Source: Alistipes sp. (lineage in GTDB: Bacteria > Bacteroidota > Bacteroidia > Bacteroidales > Rikenellaceae). From it: 64,000 nucleotides of DNA. The first letter of the stretch is position 1. The number at the start of each line of letters is the position of its first letter. Shown piece after piece: positions 47,980 through 58,891 of the stretch. Below the pieces are notes generated by a model, which ran no database searches, was not told where the DNA came from, and saw nothing but the letters and a program-made list of their open reading frames with translations. Location of the stretch: assembly GCA_045541235.1 (NCBI GenBank), contig JAZQIS010000022.1, positions 8,762 through 72,761 on the forward strand, in the 5' to 3' direction. Position numbers and translations under genes: made by a program.

Positions 47980-48996
47980 CTATCGTTTAACGACTCCGAC
48001 ATACACAGGGGCATTAACCGGAATCTTTTCGACCTCGCCCTTAGGTAGGCCCGATGCAATCTCCAAAGGATAAATTTCGATTGAGTTGCTATCTCGACAC
48101 GCAACAATAAGCGCAGCACCATTTGCGGCAAGAGCAAAGTGTCTTGGATGAGCACCTGTTGGCAAATAGTACATCTTCTTCAAAGCTCCGTTATCATAGC
48201 ATTTGTATATAGCTATACCATCGGAGATATTACACTGACTTGCCTTTGCTGTTCTACTTACACGAAGAGAGGCATAGAGATATTTGCCATTGGGGCTTAG
48301 GGCGATATGAGCTCCACCTTCAGGGTTTGCCGTATGAAGCGGATATTTGTTGATTAGCGCAAAATCGGAGATACGAAGCACCATCACCTCATCACTCAAC
48401 TCCGTAACCACATAGAGATAGTTGCCATTGGCACTGAACGTACTGAAACGAGGGCCACAGCCTGCCGGCAGAGATACCGAGTGCATATATGGCTCAACAA
48501 CACGCCCATCTCTTACGGCATAAAAATATATCCTATCCGTACCCAAATCTACAACGGCCAACATCCTGCCATTTGGAGAGAGTGCCGACGAATGAATGTG
48601 CGGACTCTTCTGACGTGTAGGATGTGGGCCCGAGCCGCTGAAATGCAACAGGCGAACATCGCCCGCAACATTACCCTTCTCATCTAACGGATAGAGCGAC
48701 AATGTTCCGCTTGTATAGTCCGAAACTACCGCCTCGCGATCCAAAAGTGTAATATGACAGGACTCTTTTCCCTCTGTACTAAACTCCTCCATAGGAATCT
48801 TCGCTGTAGCCACCTGTATAAGGCCTCTGCGACCTTTGAGTTCTTCACGGCCGAAAGTGCAAAGAGACGACTCCTTACTCGTGCTACGGAGAGCATAGAA
48901 TTTATCGCCATCCTGAGCGAGATATGTATGCCCCCAATACGAAGTATTCGAGCCGACAAGAAGTGTCAATGCAAAAAGTTTGAGTAATGATATCAT
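47980..48996 (-). CDS. Lactonase family beta-propeller (6-phosphogluconolactonase-like)
   Basis: SPHIHS, VDLGTDRI, GCGPR, YVVTELS and GAHPRHF motifs. Confidence 0.85.
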   Translation of the reverse strand: MISLLKLFALTLLVGSNTSYWGHTYLAQDGDKFYALRSTSKESSLCTFGREELKGRRGLIQVATAKIPMEEFSTEGKESCHITLLDREAVVSDYTSGTLSLYPLDEKGNVAGDVRLLHFSGSGPHPTRQKSPHIHSSALSPNGRMLAVVDLGTDRIYFYAVRDGRVVEPYMHSVSLPAGCGPRFSTFSANGNYLYVVTELSDEVMVLRISDFALINKYPLHTANPEGGAHIALSPNGKYLYASLRVSRTAKASQCNISDGIAIYKCYDNGALKKMYYLPTGAHPRHFALAANGAALIVACRDSNSIEIYPLEIASGLPKGEVEKIPVNAPVYVGVVKR

Positions 48997-49020
48997 AATT
49001 TATAGTTTAATAATTGTTTA

Positions 49021-49680
49021 CTACTCCTCGTAGCGAAAACCTACACCTTTATATGTAGATATGTGGTTATCGCCTATCTTGCTACGGAGATGACGAATGT
49101 GGACATCGAGCGTGCGAGAACCGACAACAACATCACTCCCCCACACAGCCTCATAAATCTCTTCGCGAGTAAAAATGCGCGCTTCGGAGAGCAAAAGGCG
49201 CAGAATCTCGAACTCCTTTACAGCCAATCGAACCTCGCCATCGCTTGAAATATAGGAGTGTCGCTCCTCGACAAGACGATCGGACTTCGCGGGCAGAGCC
49301 ATTCGGTCATCAAGAGTCATGCGTTTGGTGATAGCTGCAACTCGGGAACAAAGAATCTTCATACTGACAGGCTTTGTGATATAGTCGTCTGCCCCTGCCT
49401 CATAACACTCAATCAGGCTCTCCTCTTCGCATACTGCAGAGAGGAAGAGTATCATCGTCTTGGCAGTCGTTGGATTTGCTCGCAGAGCTCGACACGCCTC
49501 CCGTCCATCCATCTCAGGCATCATCATATCCATAAGAATAAGATGCGGACGAAATTCCAATGCTTTTTCAATCGCATCGCGCCCATTGACAGCACAAGCC
49601 ACCTTGTACCCCTCTTTCACAAGATTGTACTGCACAAATTCGCGGATATCAACCTCGTCATCTACAATCAGGATTCTCAT
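49021..49680 (-). CDS. OmpR/PhoB-family response regulator
   Basis: ILIVDDE, LMDMMMP, GADDYITKP and RTLDVHIRHLR motifs; start at MRILIVDD. Confidence 0.93.
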   Translation of the reverse strand: MRILIVDDEVDIREFVQYNLVKEGYKVACAVNGRDAIEKALEFRPHLILMDMMMPEMDGREACRALRANPTTAKTMILFLSAVCEEESLIECYEAGADDYITKPVSMKILCSRVAAITKRMTLDDRMALPAKSDRLVEERHSYISSDGEVRLAVKEFEILRLLLSEARIFTREEIYEAVWGSDVVVGSRTLDVHIRHLRSKIGDNHISTYKGVGFRYEE

Positions 49681-49716
49681 TGCGCCTGAGTATAAAGAAT
49701 TTTGACTATTAAAATT

Positions 49717-49743
49717 AAGGCGCAATGTAAGCCATTGCGCCTT
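49717..49743 (-). promoter_or_regulatory. Stem-loop in the response-regulator 5' region (terminator or switch)
   Basis: AAGGCGCAATG-taagc-CATTGCGCCTT. Confidence 0.55.
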
Positions 49744-49765
49744 TTGAATGGAAAGTGCATCGATA

Positions 49766-50047
49766 TTAGTCGTGCAATGCGCTCAACTTCTCGAACAACT
49801 TGCCATATCCCTCAATCATCTCGTTGCGGAAAGCTGCATAGTACTTGCGCACAAGCGACGCGTTCTTTGGCTCTGTTGGATTATTTGCCTTGTGGTAAAG
49901 CTCATTACGAAGCTCAACACCCTCCTGCATGATTGCAAAAATCTCCTTCTCCTTGTCAGGACGGAAGTAGATTGTCATATCACAATCAAAAACCAACTCC
50001 TCGAGACGATAGTCAATCTCCTTCTTCAAAAATCTTAAATTTGCCAT
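49766..50047 (-). CDS. Conserved small Bacteroidota hypothetical protein
   Basis: MANLRFLKKEIDY..., 93 aa, helical. Confidence 0.7.
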   Translation of the reverse strand: MANLRFLKKEIDYRLEELVFDCDMTIYFRPDKEKEIFAIMQEGVELRNELYHKANNPTEPKNASLVRKYYAAFRNEMIEGYGKLFEKLSALHD

Positions 50048-50150
50048 ACTCTTATCTTTTGTTTTTATTGTTCTTTCACAGCACAAAGATAAGAAAAATT
50101 GAATAGCGTGCAAAGATTTTCTAATATTTTTAGCGTTTTAGAGCGATTTT

Positions 50151-51014
50151 TTACCAATAAATAATCTCGTATCCCTCCTTAGAAGCCTTTTTATTGGCCT
50201 TTCGGGTCCTCCTATCATCGCGTTTCTCACTCCTGCTCTCCTTTGCCGGAGTAGCTATAATGATACCCATCTCTTCATCAACCACAACCTCTTTTGGCTG
50301 TTGCGGCTGCGCAGTTTGGACAGGCTTCGCCGTTTCGGCGGCCGGTACGATAGTCGTTCGAGTTACAAACTCATCAACGCCATAGTCAAACTCTATATCC
50401 GCATAGCGCATTTGCGGCAGAATATTAGCTTTAAGATATCTCCAAGCATCGGGCAATTTACGTAGCGCATACTCCTTCTGGGGTTCGGTATGCTTGGTTG
50501 ATTGCAGAATGGCCAACACCTGCTCCTTATGCGGAATATCCGACTCTTCAACCGCCGCAACACAATCGCTCCAATGGAAAGTTTTGTGGTCGGTCTCAAT
50601 CTTCTGCTTAGGATGATAGGTATTCACAGCGTAGTGGTAGAGCGATTGCGCACGCTGCGATGCGAGCGAATCATTATCCTTGGCATTTCCATCGGGCGAA
50701 GCATAGCCAACGATATGGATGGCCGAAATGTGCATTGTAGTATCTTTCGTCTGCTCCATAAACTCTTTCAGTTCGGCAATTTGCTCCGGATTTTCCGAAA
50801 ACGATGGGACTATATTCGTCCTATCAATAGCATAATAGATATCGAACTCGGCATGACGACCATCGTTATGAGGAATTTTGTAGCGAGTGGTCACCACATT
50901 TCCGTTACGTGTCTGCGACACCATTACCGCATTTGCAGCCGGTGCCTGATTACTTTGAGCCGACACCGCTACGGTTGCGCTCAAGGCCAAAAGTGTAGAA
51001 ATAATCTTTTTCAT
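50151..51014 (-). CDS. Exported protein with OmpA-like domain (DUF3868-associated type)
   Basis: Signal peptide from MKKIIST; HIVGYASPDG...N..LASQRA; WRYLKANILPQMR. Confidence 0.65.
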   Translation of the reverse strand: MKKIISTLLALSATVAVSAQSNQAPAANAVMVSQTRNGNVVTTRYKIPHNDGRHAEFDIYYAIDRTNIVPSFSENPEQIAELKEFMEQTKDTTMHISAIHIVGYASPDGNAKDNDSLASQRAQSLYHYAVNTYHPKQKIETDHKTFHWSDCVAAVEESDIPHKEQVLAILQSTKHTEPQKEYALRKLPDAWRYLKANILPQMRYADIEFDYGVDEFVTRTTIVPAAETAKPVQTAQPQQPKEVVVDEEMGIIIATPAKESRSEKRDDRRTRKANKKASKEGYEIIYW

Positions 51015-51085
51015 AGTCTTAGTTGTATTGGTTTGTATTCCGTATCCAAACAACAACCAAGCCAATTAAACGAAAAAGACCGATT

Positions 51086-52552
51086 TTAGATATTTTCGGA
51101 TTGAGGATTCTCTGTCTTGCGTACTATTTTATACCCTATAACAGCAAAAAACAGCGACATAAGCGGACTTACAAGATTAAATATACAATATGGGAGATAG
51201 GTAAGTGTCGCCACGCCAAGCACGGTAGATTGCGTCATACCGCAAGAGTTCCAAGGCACAAGCACCGATGTAACAGTCGCAGTATCCTCCACTGAACGAC
51301 TCAAGAGGCGAGCCTCCAAACCTCGCTTTTTGTATAGTTCGCGAAAGGTGTCACCCGTAATAATAATAGATATGTATTGGTCGGCAGTGAGAAGATTAGC
51401 AAAGACTCCCGTAGCAAGAGTCGAAGCTACAATACTCGCTGTACGATAGACAAACTTAGCAAATAGTTGTGTTATAGCCGATAGCATACCGCTTCCCGAC
51501 ATCACACCGCCAAAACACATTGCGCAAAGTATAAGCCAAATTGTATTCAACATACCACACATACCGGACGTAGCAACAAGCTCATTTATAGTATCATTAC
51601 CCGTCTCTAATGAAGTAGAAGTTGAGCATACGGTCATAATCGCCCTAAAGACCGACAAATCACCTTCGCCACCAATCTCGGCGACAACCTCAGGTTGGGC
51701 TACAACCATAGCCACACAAGCCATCACAACCGAGATAAACAGTGTGACGAGGGCAGGCAAACGCTTGATGATAAGCACAACCGTTACAAGCGGAACCAAA
51801 AGTAACCATGCCGACAGATTAAAGGTATTTTGTAGGACATTGGACAATTCAACAATTTGCGAAACATTGCTACTACCATAATAGAGGCTTACCCCCGCAA
51901 ACACAACCAAGGCCAACACGAACGAAGGTATTGTGGTGATTGACATATACTTGATATGTTCAAACAGGGGTACTCTAACGGTCGATGAAGCAAGCACTGT
52001 AGTATCGGAGAGAGCAGATACCTTATCTCCAAAATAGGCACCCGAGATAATAGCTCCTGCAATCCACCCTTCCGAGAACCCCTGAGCCTGCCCGACACCC
52101 ATCAGGGCAACACCGATTGTTGCAATGGTTGTCCACGAACTTCCTGTTAAAATGGCTACTATAGCACAAACAATACACGCAACAGACAGGAAAACCTTTG
52201 GGTGAATAATCTGCAAGCCATAGTACATCAACGAGGGCACTACTCCACTCAACATCCAGGTCCCCGCAACAGCTCCGATAAGTAACAAAATAATAATTGC
52301 CGAGGCGGATGTGCGAATATTTTCAACTATCGCCTCCTCCAAAATCGACCAAGGTGTCTTACAAATTGTTACAGCAAGAAGAGCTGCGACCGACGAAGCT
52401 ACCAACAAGGCAATTTGGCTGCCACCTTCGACGGCATCCGTGCCGAACGCTTTAATCACCAACACAAGCATCGCAACAAGTACTGCTATAGGTGCTATTG
52501 CGAGCCAAATCGAGACTCTTCCCTCGCGAAAATTTGCTTTATTAAATTTCAT
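51086..52552 (-). CDS. nhaC: Na+/H+ antiporter NhaC family
   Basis: GSSWTTIATIG, ISGAYFGDK.S.LSDTT, DQY and VPWNSCG motifs. Confidence 0.9.
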   Translation of the reverse strand: MKFNKANFREGRVSIWLAIAPIAVLVAMLVLVIKAFGTDAVEGGSQIALLVASSVAALLAVTICKTPWSILEEAIVENIRTSASAIIILLLIGAVAGTWMLSGVVPSLMYYGLQIIHPKVFLSVACIVCAIVAILTGSSWTTIATIGVALMGVGQAQGFSEGWIAGAIISGAYFGDKVSALSDTTVLASSTVRVPLFEHIKYMSITTIPSFVLALVVFAGVSLYYGSSNVSQIVELSNVLQNTFNLSAWLLLVPLVTVVLIIKRLPALVTLFISVVMACVAMVVAQPEVVAEIGGEGDLSVFRAIMTVCSTSTSLETGNDTINELVATSGMCGMLNTIWLILCAMCFGGVMSGSGMLSAITQLFAKFVYRTASIVASTLATGVFANLLTADQYISIIITGDTFRELYKKRGLEARLLSRSVEDTATVTSVLVPWNSCGMTQSTVLGVATLTYLPYCIFNLVSPLMSLFFAVIGYKIVRKTENPQSENI

Positions 52553-52691
52553 AGTGCAAAGATAAGTATTTTATATCGAAATTTTTAACAAGTTTTCCGC
52601 TTTCTGCTTTTCGTTTTCGGGATAATTTTGTATCTTTGTCGGGTTATACCATTAAAAGGTATAAAGAGTAAGAACTAAACAGAAGCATATT

Positions 52692-54515
52692 ATGGCTACC
52701 AAGACTACTATCGAGGTTCCTACAGAGGAACTTATTATCAAGAATGAGATTGAGATTGAAAACAACGAAGAGGCTACGACAGCATCGGAGGTTCTATCGA
52801 ACGACGAAGAGGAAGGAGTGAACGAAATCTCTCGACTTAACAAAGAGGAGGTTCTCGCCCGCCTTGCCGAAAAGGTTGGCGAAGAGCCATCCACCGACCT
52901 TCGTAATGAGATTGAGGCGTTGAAGGTGGCATTTTACAAGATACATCGAGCAGACATGGAGGCTCGTCGCAAAACATTCTATGAGGAGAATGGTGCAGAT
53001 GCAGAGTACAAGCCACAAATCGACGAGGCGGAGGTTCGATTCAAGGAGTTGTACAATATATATCGCACCAAGCGTGATGCTGCCACAGCACTCTCCGACA
53101 AGGAGAAGGAGGAGAATTATGCTGCAAAGTTGGCTGTCATCGAGGAGTTGAAGCAGTTGGTTGATTCGGAGGAGGCTCTCAACACCACCTTCACAAAGTT
53201 CCACGAATTGCAAGCACGTTGGCGTAGTATAGGTCAAGTACCACAGGCTCGTGTCAGCGACTTGTACGAGACCTACAACCTCCACGTGGAGAACTTTTAC
53301 GACTATGTAAAGATTAACAAGGAGTTGCGCGACCTCGATTGGAAACGCAATCTCGAGGCAAAGAGTGCACTATGCGAGCAAGCCGAGGCTTTAACCGATG
53401 CCGCCGCAGTTGTCGAAGCGTTCCACAAGTTGCAGAAGCTACACGAAGAGTGGCGTGAAATAGGCCCCGTTTCATTCGAATACAAGGAGGTGCTATGGGA
53501 GCGATTCAAAGCCGCATCTACAATCATCAACCGCCGCCACCAAGAGCACTTCGAGAACATCAAGAACGAGCAAGTGCAAAACTTCGAGCGCAAATCGGCT
53601 CTTTGTGAAGAGGTTGAAGGATTTATCACAAATGTTCCGACATCACACAAGGCGTGGAACAAGGTGAGTGAGCGACTGTTGGCCATTCAGGCAGAGTGGC
53701 GCACTATCGGCTTTGCCCCTAAAAAGGACAACAACAAGGTTTACGACCGTTTCCGTGCTGCCTGCGACAAGTTCTTCGAGACAAAACACGCCTTCTACGC
53801 AGAGGCAAAAGATGATATGGCCAAGAACCTGGAGGCAAAAACTGCCCTTTGTGAGCGTGCAGAGACGATTGCCGAGCGCGAGGATTGGGCAAAGGCAACC
53901 GAAGAGCTCCTTGCAATTCAAGCCGAATGGAAAAAAACGGGTGCTGTATCTCGCAAATACGCAGACACTATATGGAAGCGTTTCCGTGCTGCCTGCGACA
54001 AGTTCTTTGAGCGTAAGTCTCAGCACTACTCCTCTATCGACAACGCATATGCGGCGAACCTCGCTGCCAAGCAAGCCCTTTTGGAGGAGATGCAGCAAGC
54101 TACAGTGAAATCATTCGACGAGATAAAAGAGTTCCAGCGTCGTTGGAGCGAAATTGGCTTTGTACCTATCCGCAACAAGGAGGAGTTGCAGAAGCAGTAC
54201 AAGAGTGTTCTCGACAAGCTCTTTGCTACTGTACGCGGTGCAGATCGCGAACAGCAGATGAACCGCTTTAGGGATAGAATCAACTCGATGCGCAACAATG
54301 GCGACAAGCACCTCCGCAGCGAGCGAGAGAAGCTCTACAACCGCGTTAAGCAACTCGAGCAGGAGATTCAAACATTAGAGAACAATATCGGATTCTTTAC
54401 AAAATCGAAGGGTGCAGAGGCGATGATTGCAAGTGTAAATGACAAAATTGCACGCGCAAGGCAGGACATGGCACAAGCTATAGAGCGCATTAAAATCATT
54501 GATTCTCAAGAATAA
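52692..54515 (+). CDS. DUF349 repeat protein
   Basis: Repeated N..AK..LC E...W..IG.VP...W.RF..ACD.FF units; TATCTTTG box at 52631-52638. Confidence 0.88.
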   Translation: MATKTTIEVPTEELIIKNEIEIENNEEATTASEVLSNDEEEGVNEISRLNKEEVLARLAEKVGEEPSTDLRNEIEALKVAFYKIHRADMEARRKTFYEENGADAEYKPQIDEAEVRFKELYNIYRTKRDAATALSDKEKEENYAAKLAVIEELKQLVDSEEALNTTFTKFHELQARWRSIGQVPQARVSDLYETYNLHVENFYDYVKINKELRDLDWKRNLEAKSALCEQAEALTDAAAVVEAFHKLQKLHEEWREIGPVSFEYKEVLWERFKAASTIINRRHQEHFENIKNEQVQNFERKSALCEEVEGFITNVPTSHKAWNKVSERLLAIQAEWRTIGFAPKKDNNKVYDRFRAACDKFFETKHAFYAEAKDDMAKNLEAKTALCERAETIAEREDWAKATEELLAIQAEWKKTGAVSRKYADTIWKRFRAACDKFFERKSQHYSSIDNAYAANLAAKQALLEEMQQATVKSFDEIKEFQRRWSEIGFVPIRNKEELQKQYKSVLDKLFATVRGADREQQMNRFRDRINSMRNNGDKHLRSEREKLYNRVKQLEQEIQTLENNIGFFTKSKGAEAMIASVNDKIARARQDMAQAIERIKIIDSQE

Positions 54516-54554
54516 ACAGAGTAAAAATCAAAAAGAAAACATTTAAGCAACAAG

Positions 54555-56471
54555 ATGAAAGAGAACAAGAGCACGATAATCGGCTTTATACTTATGACCT
54601 TGGTGTTCGTGGGCTATATTGTTTACGCGAACTTCCAAGCTCAAAAACAACAGGAGGAGCAGAGAAAGGCTCAGATTGAGCAAATTGCAGAACAGGCATC
54701 ACAAGCACTATCAGCTCAACCGGAGCAAAAACCAAGCACAGTTACCGCTGCCCCAAAGCAAGAGAATACCGAGGCTGAAAACAGCACAAAATTAGTTGCT
54801 GAGGCCGAGAAAATCAACGAGATTGTAGTTGATAACGACGTAATGCAGATTCGTTTTTCGACCTTGGGCGCGCAAATCAAAGATGTAACACTCAAGGAGT
54901 ACACCAAGTATGCACCAAAGGAGAGTCGAAACGAGTTGGTTCACCTATTCGATCCTGCATCCGCGCAGTTCAACATGTCATACTATCTGAAGAACAACTT
55001 GCGCACCGTTGAGGTATCAACAGCACGAAGCAACTTCGAGATTCTTCCTATCGAGACAATAGGAGACAAGACCATTGTAACAATGCGTCTCCCTATCGGT
55101 GAGGGCTCCATTGAGCATATCTACACCATCTATAACGAGCAGCGTCCCGAGCGCGACTATATGGTCGATTTCAAAGTCAAGCTCAACAACCTGGCTCCAA
55201 TTATGGCCAATCAGCGCAGCATCGGCATCGACTGGAGAAACCGTTCCTTCCAAAACGAGCGAAGCTTCAAAAACGAGAACACATACACAACTATCGTATA
55301 TCACTTCCCTGGAGAGGGCGATGTCGAGGACTTGGGCATCTCCGAATCCTCAAAAGACGAAGATTTGTCTGCATCGGTAGATTGGGTATCATTCAAGCAG
55401 CAATTCTTCTCGTCGGCACTCATCTGCCACTCATCTAACCTGCGCCAATCGAAGCTCGCATTTGATACGTCGAAACCACAGACCGGATATATCAAAGACT
55501 TCTCTTTGACTTCATCTGTGGACTACACTCCTAACACATCGAGCTACGACTTCTCTTTCTACCTTGGACCGAATAAGTTCTCGGTATTGAAGAAATTGAC
55601 CGACAACAACGGCAAGTCACTCGAGATGGAACGTATAATCCCTCTCGGATGGGTATTCTCAACATTTATCAGCCGCTGGATTGTTATCCCTGTATTCGAC
55701 TTCCTACAGAAGTACATCGCATCATTTGGACTTATCATCCTAATCCTTACAATCCTTGTAAAACTTTTGATATTCCCTCTCACATACAAGAGTTACCTCT
55801 CGACTGCAAAGATGCGAGTTATCAAGCCTGAGATTGATGCTCTTAACGAGAAATACCCTCGCCAGGAGGATGCAATGAAGAAGCAGCAGGAGATGATGGC
55901 TCTCTACAACAAGGCCGGTATCAGTCCGATGGGAGGATGTTTGCCGATGTTGATTCAGATGCCAATCCTGATTGCGATGTTCCGTTTCTTCCCTGCAAGT
56001 ATCGAGTTGCGTGGTAAATCATTCCTTTGGAGTGACGACCTCTCGTCATACGACAGTATTCTCGACTTGCCATTCTCGATTCCATTCTACGGAGACCACG
56101 TATCGTTGTTCTGTCTGTTGATGACAATCGTAATGTTCATCTACTCCTATATAAACTTCAAGCAGCAGGGCTCAGCTCAGCCTCAGATGGCAGGAATGAA
56201 GTTTATGACGGTCTATATGATGCCGGCAATGATGTTGTTCTGGTTCAATGACTATGCAAGTGGTCTTTGCTACTACTACCTTCTCTCGAACCTCTTTACA
56301 ATTTTGCAGACAACAATCATACGTTACACCTTAGACGACAACAAGATTCGTGCTAAGATGGAGGCTCACGCCAAGAACACCAAAGGCAAGAAGTCACGTT
56401 TCCAGCAGCGTTATGAGGAGCTTATGAAGCAGCAGGAAGCTATGCAGAAGCAGTCGAACAAGAGGAGATAA
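54555..56471 (+). CDS. yidC: Membrane protein insertase YidC
   Basis: YLGPN, IIILTILVK, SPMGGCLPMLIQMPI and FLWSDDLS motifs. Confidence 0.96.
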   Translation: MKENKSTIIGFILMTLVFVGYIVYANFQAQKQQEEQRKAQIEQIAEQASQALSAQPEQKPSTVTAAPKQENTEAENSTKLVAEAEKINEIVVDNDVMQIRFSTLGAQIKDVTLKEYTKYAPKESRNELVHLFDPASAQFNMSYYLKNNLRTVEVSTARSNFEILPIETIGDKTIVTMRLPIGEGSIEHIYTIYNEQRPERDYMVDFKVKLNNLAPIMANQRSIGIDWRNRSFQNERSFKNENTYTTIVYHFPGEGDVEDLGISESSKDEDLSASVDWVSFKQQFFSSALICHSSNLRQSKLAFDTSKPQTGYIKDFSLTSSVDYTPNTSSYDFSFYLGPNKFSVLKKLTDNNGKSLEMERIIPLGWVFSTFISRWIVIPVFDFLQKYIASFGLIILILTILVKLLIFPLTYKSYLSTAKMRVIKPEIDALNEKYPRQEDAMKKQQEMMALYNKAGISPMGGCLPMLIQMPILIAMFRFFPASIELRGKSFLWSDDLSSYDSILDLPFSIPFYGDHVSLFCLLMTIVMFIYSYINFKQQGSAQPQMAGMKFMTVYMMPAMMLFWFNDYASGLCYYYLLSNLFTILQTTIIRYTLDDNKIRAKMEAHAKNTKGKKSRFQQRYEELMKQQEAMQKQSNKRR

Positions 56472-56479
56472 CCAAAGCA

Positions 56480-57052
56480 ATGGAGTTTGCGGCAAGCATA
56501 TCTAATGACGAGGTAGCTGCGTTGGATGCAGTACACTTTGACGGGCGCATAGTAGTCATCGAGACGACAGAGGCCCTGAAAGAGGCGTGCAAAGACCTTT
56601 CGCAGCACACCCTCGTTGGTTTCGATACCGAGACCAGGCCCTCTTTCACTGCTGGTGTAACAAACAAAGTTGCATTGTTGCAGCTTTCTACCCGAGATTG
56701 TTGCTACCTTATTAGATTGAACAAACTGCCCTTGTCACGCGAAATTATCTCCATCCTCTCAAGCGAGAAGATTCGCAAGGTTGGTGCCGATGTAAAAAAT
56801 GACATTACTGCATTAAACAGACTGCGTCATTTCACGCCAAAAGGCTTTATCGACCTACAGGACGAGGTAGAATCGCATGGTATCGAGAATAAAAGCCTCC
56901 GTAAAATTTCGGGGATAGTGCTCGGCAAGAGAGTCTCCAAGGCACAACGCCTAAGTAATTGGGCAGCTAAAACCCTAACTCCACAGCAGCTGATGTACGC
57001 GGCAACAGATGCGTGGGTATGTATCGAAATATACAATAAATTGACGAAGTAA
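56480..57052 (+). CDS. DEDDy 3'-5' exonuclease domain protein
   Basis: VGFDTE, LLQLS, SNW and YAATDA motifs. Confidence 0.9.
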   Translation: MEFAASISNDEVAALDAVHFDGRIVVIETTEALKEACKDLSQHTLVGFDTETRPSFTAGVTNKVALLQLSTRDCCYLIRLNKLPLSREIISILSSEKIRKVGADVKNDITALNRLRHFTPKGFIDLQDEVESHGIENKSLRKISGIVLGKRVSKAQRLSNWAAKTLTPQQLMYAATDAWVCIEIYNKLTK

Positions 57053-57079
57053 AATTCGTCAATTTTATTCTACAAACAT

Positions 57080-58882
57080 ATGAAAAAGCTCCTAACCCTA
57101 ATTGCAGTATTGCTAACCGTTTCGGCAACTGCAAATCAGACTCTCGACTACTCAAAATTGGCCCAGCACCCTCGACTAATCATCAAGAAGGGCGATATCG
57201 AGGCGGTAAAGCAGAAAATCGAGAGCGACCAGCCTTTGTGTATCATGCACAACATTATCGAGAGTCGCACAAATGAGTATCTCACTGCCGAGCCGACCAA
57301 ATACAGAAAGGTAGGAAAGCGACTTCTTGGACGCTGCCGTGCAGTCCTCGAAAGGGTTTGCTACTGCTCGTATATGTATTTAGTTAGTGGCGACGAAGTA
57401 TATGCACGCCGTGCAGAAAAGGAGATGTTGGCAGCGGCCAATTTCGTAAGTTGGAATCCTTCACACTTCCTCGATGTTGGCGAGATGGTAACAGCTTTGG
57501 CCATCGGCTACGACTGGCTCTACGATTGGCTTTCGCCCGAGAGTCGCAAAATAATCGAAGATGCCATAATCGAGAAGGGTCTGCGCACCTCGGGCAAGAA
57601 GAGATGGTGGTCGAAGTCGCACAACAACTGGAATCAAGTTTGCAACGGAGGTTTGGTAATGGGTGCTTTGGCAGTATATGAGCGTATTCCTGGGGAGGCA
57701 CAAAAGATTATAGCAGAGGCTCTCAAGAGCAACCCGACAGCGCAAAAGGAGTATGGTCCCGACGGTGTATATCCCGAAGGATTCGGATATTGGGAGTATG
57801 GAACCTGGTACGAGGTGATGCTCATAGAGTCGTTGCGTACGGCATTGGGCACAAGTTGCGACTTGGAGAAGGCACCAGGATTTTTGGAGTCGGCAAAATT
57901 TATGAATTTTATGACTACACCTACAGGTGCGGTATTCAACTTCTCAGACTCCGGAAATCCTATGGATGTGGTAAACCCTCTACTCTACTGGTTTGCACTC
58001 GAGACGGGAGATATGTCGCTTGTATGGCAAGACCGAGAGCGTCTGATGAGAGAAGAGTTCGTTAGAGGCATCAACCGACAGACTCCGATAGCAATGTTGT
58101 TTGCATCTCGTTGCGATACCAAAGATATCAAACCTATTCAAGATAAGGTGTGGACAGGACGAGGATCACAATCGCTATTTCTATATCGCAAAGGTTTTGC
58201 ATCGCCAGAGGATAGCTATCTCGGAGTTAAAGGCGGTAGCCCCAAAAACAGCCACGCACATATGGATGGAGGTTCATTCATCTACGAGTGGGCAGGAGTT
58301 CGATGGGCCGTAGATCTTGGCAGTCAGGATTACCACTCCTTGGAGTCTAAGGGTATTGGACTTTGGAAAAAAGGTCAGAACTCGGAGCGCTGGCAGGTGT
58401 ACAGATTGAGCAACTTCTCGCACAATACGCTCACTATCAACAATAAGATACACCAATACGACGGTATGGTAACGATGCCAAAGGTGTACGACAAAAAGAG
58501 ATACAAAGGTGCCGAGTTCGACCTTTCGTCGCTCTTTTTAGACACCAAGAGTGTAACTCGTAGCATCACCATCGACAACGACGACAAGGTTACCTGTATA
58601 GACAAGATTGAGAGCCGTTACATCAACTGTGCCGTACGCTGGAATATGACCACCTTTGCAAAGGCCGAGATTATCGACAACAACACCATCTCTTTGAAAC
58701 AAGATGGCAAGGAGTTATTATTGCGTGTAGTAGCACCTAAAAATGCAAAGGCATACATTATGGATAATAACTCCGACAATTGGTACGATGTGAAGAACAA
58801 GGGTGTCAGAGTTGGGTTTACAACCACCGTGGAGCCATATAGCAAATCGACCATAAAGGTTGAGCTCGTACCTCAAAAATAG
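57080..58882 (+). CDS. Heparinase II/III-like polysaccharide lyase
   Basis: Signal peptide; HPRL, WNPSHFLDVGE, NNWNQV, YPEGFGYW, HAHMDGGSF and HNTLTIN motifs. Confidence 0.85.
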   Translation: MKKLLTLIAVLLTVSATANQTLDYSKLAQHPRLIIKKGDIEAVKQKIESDQPLCIMHNIIESRTNEYLTAEPTKYRKVGKRLLGRCRAVLERVCYCSYMYLVSGDEVYARRAEKEMLAAANFVSWNPSHFLDVGEMVTALAIGYDWLYDWLSPESRKIIEDAIIEKGLRTSGKKRWWSKSHNNWNQVCNGGLVMGALAVYERIPGEAQKIIAEALKSNPTAQKEYGPDGVYPEGFGYWEYGTWYEVMLIESLRTALGTSCDLEKAPGFLESAKFMNFMTTPTGAVFNFSDSGNPMDVVNPLLYWFALETGDMSLVWQDRERLMREEFVRGINRQTPIAMLFASRCDTKDIKPIQDKVWTGRGSQSLFLYRKGFASPEDSYLGVKGGSPKNSHAHMDGGSFIYEWAGVRWAVDLGSQDYHSLESKGIGLWKKGQNSERWQVYRLSNFSHNTLTINNKIHQYDGMVTMPKVYDKKRYKGAEFDLSSLFLDTKSVTRSITIDNDDKVTCIDKIESRYINCAVRWNMTTFAKAEIIDNNTISLKQDGKELLLRVVAPKNAKAYIMDNNSDNWYDVKNKGVRVGFTTTVEPYSKSTIKVELVPQK

Positions 58883-58891
58883 CAACAACCG

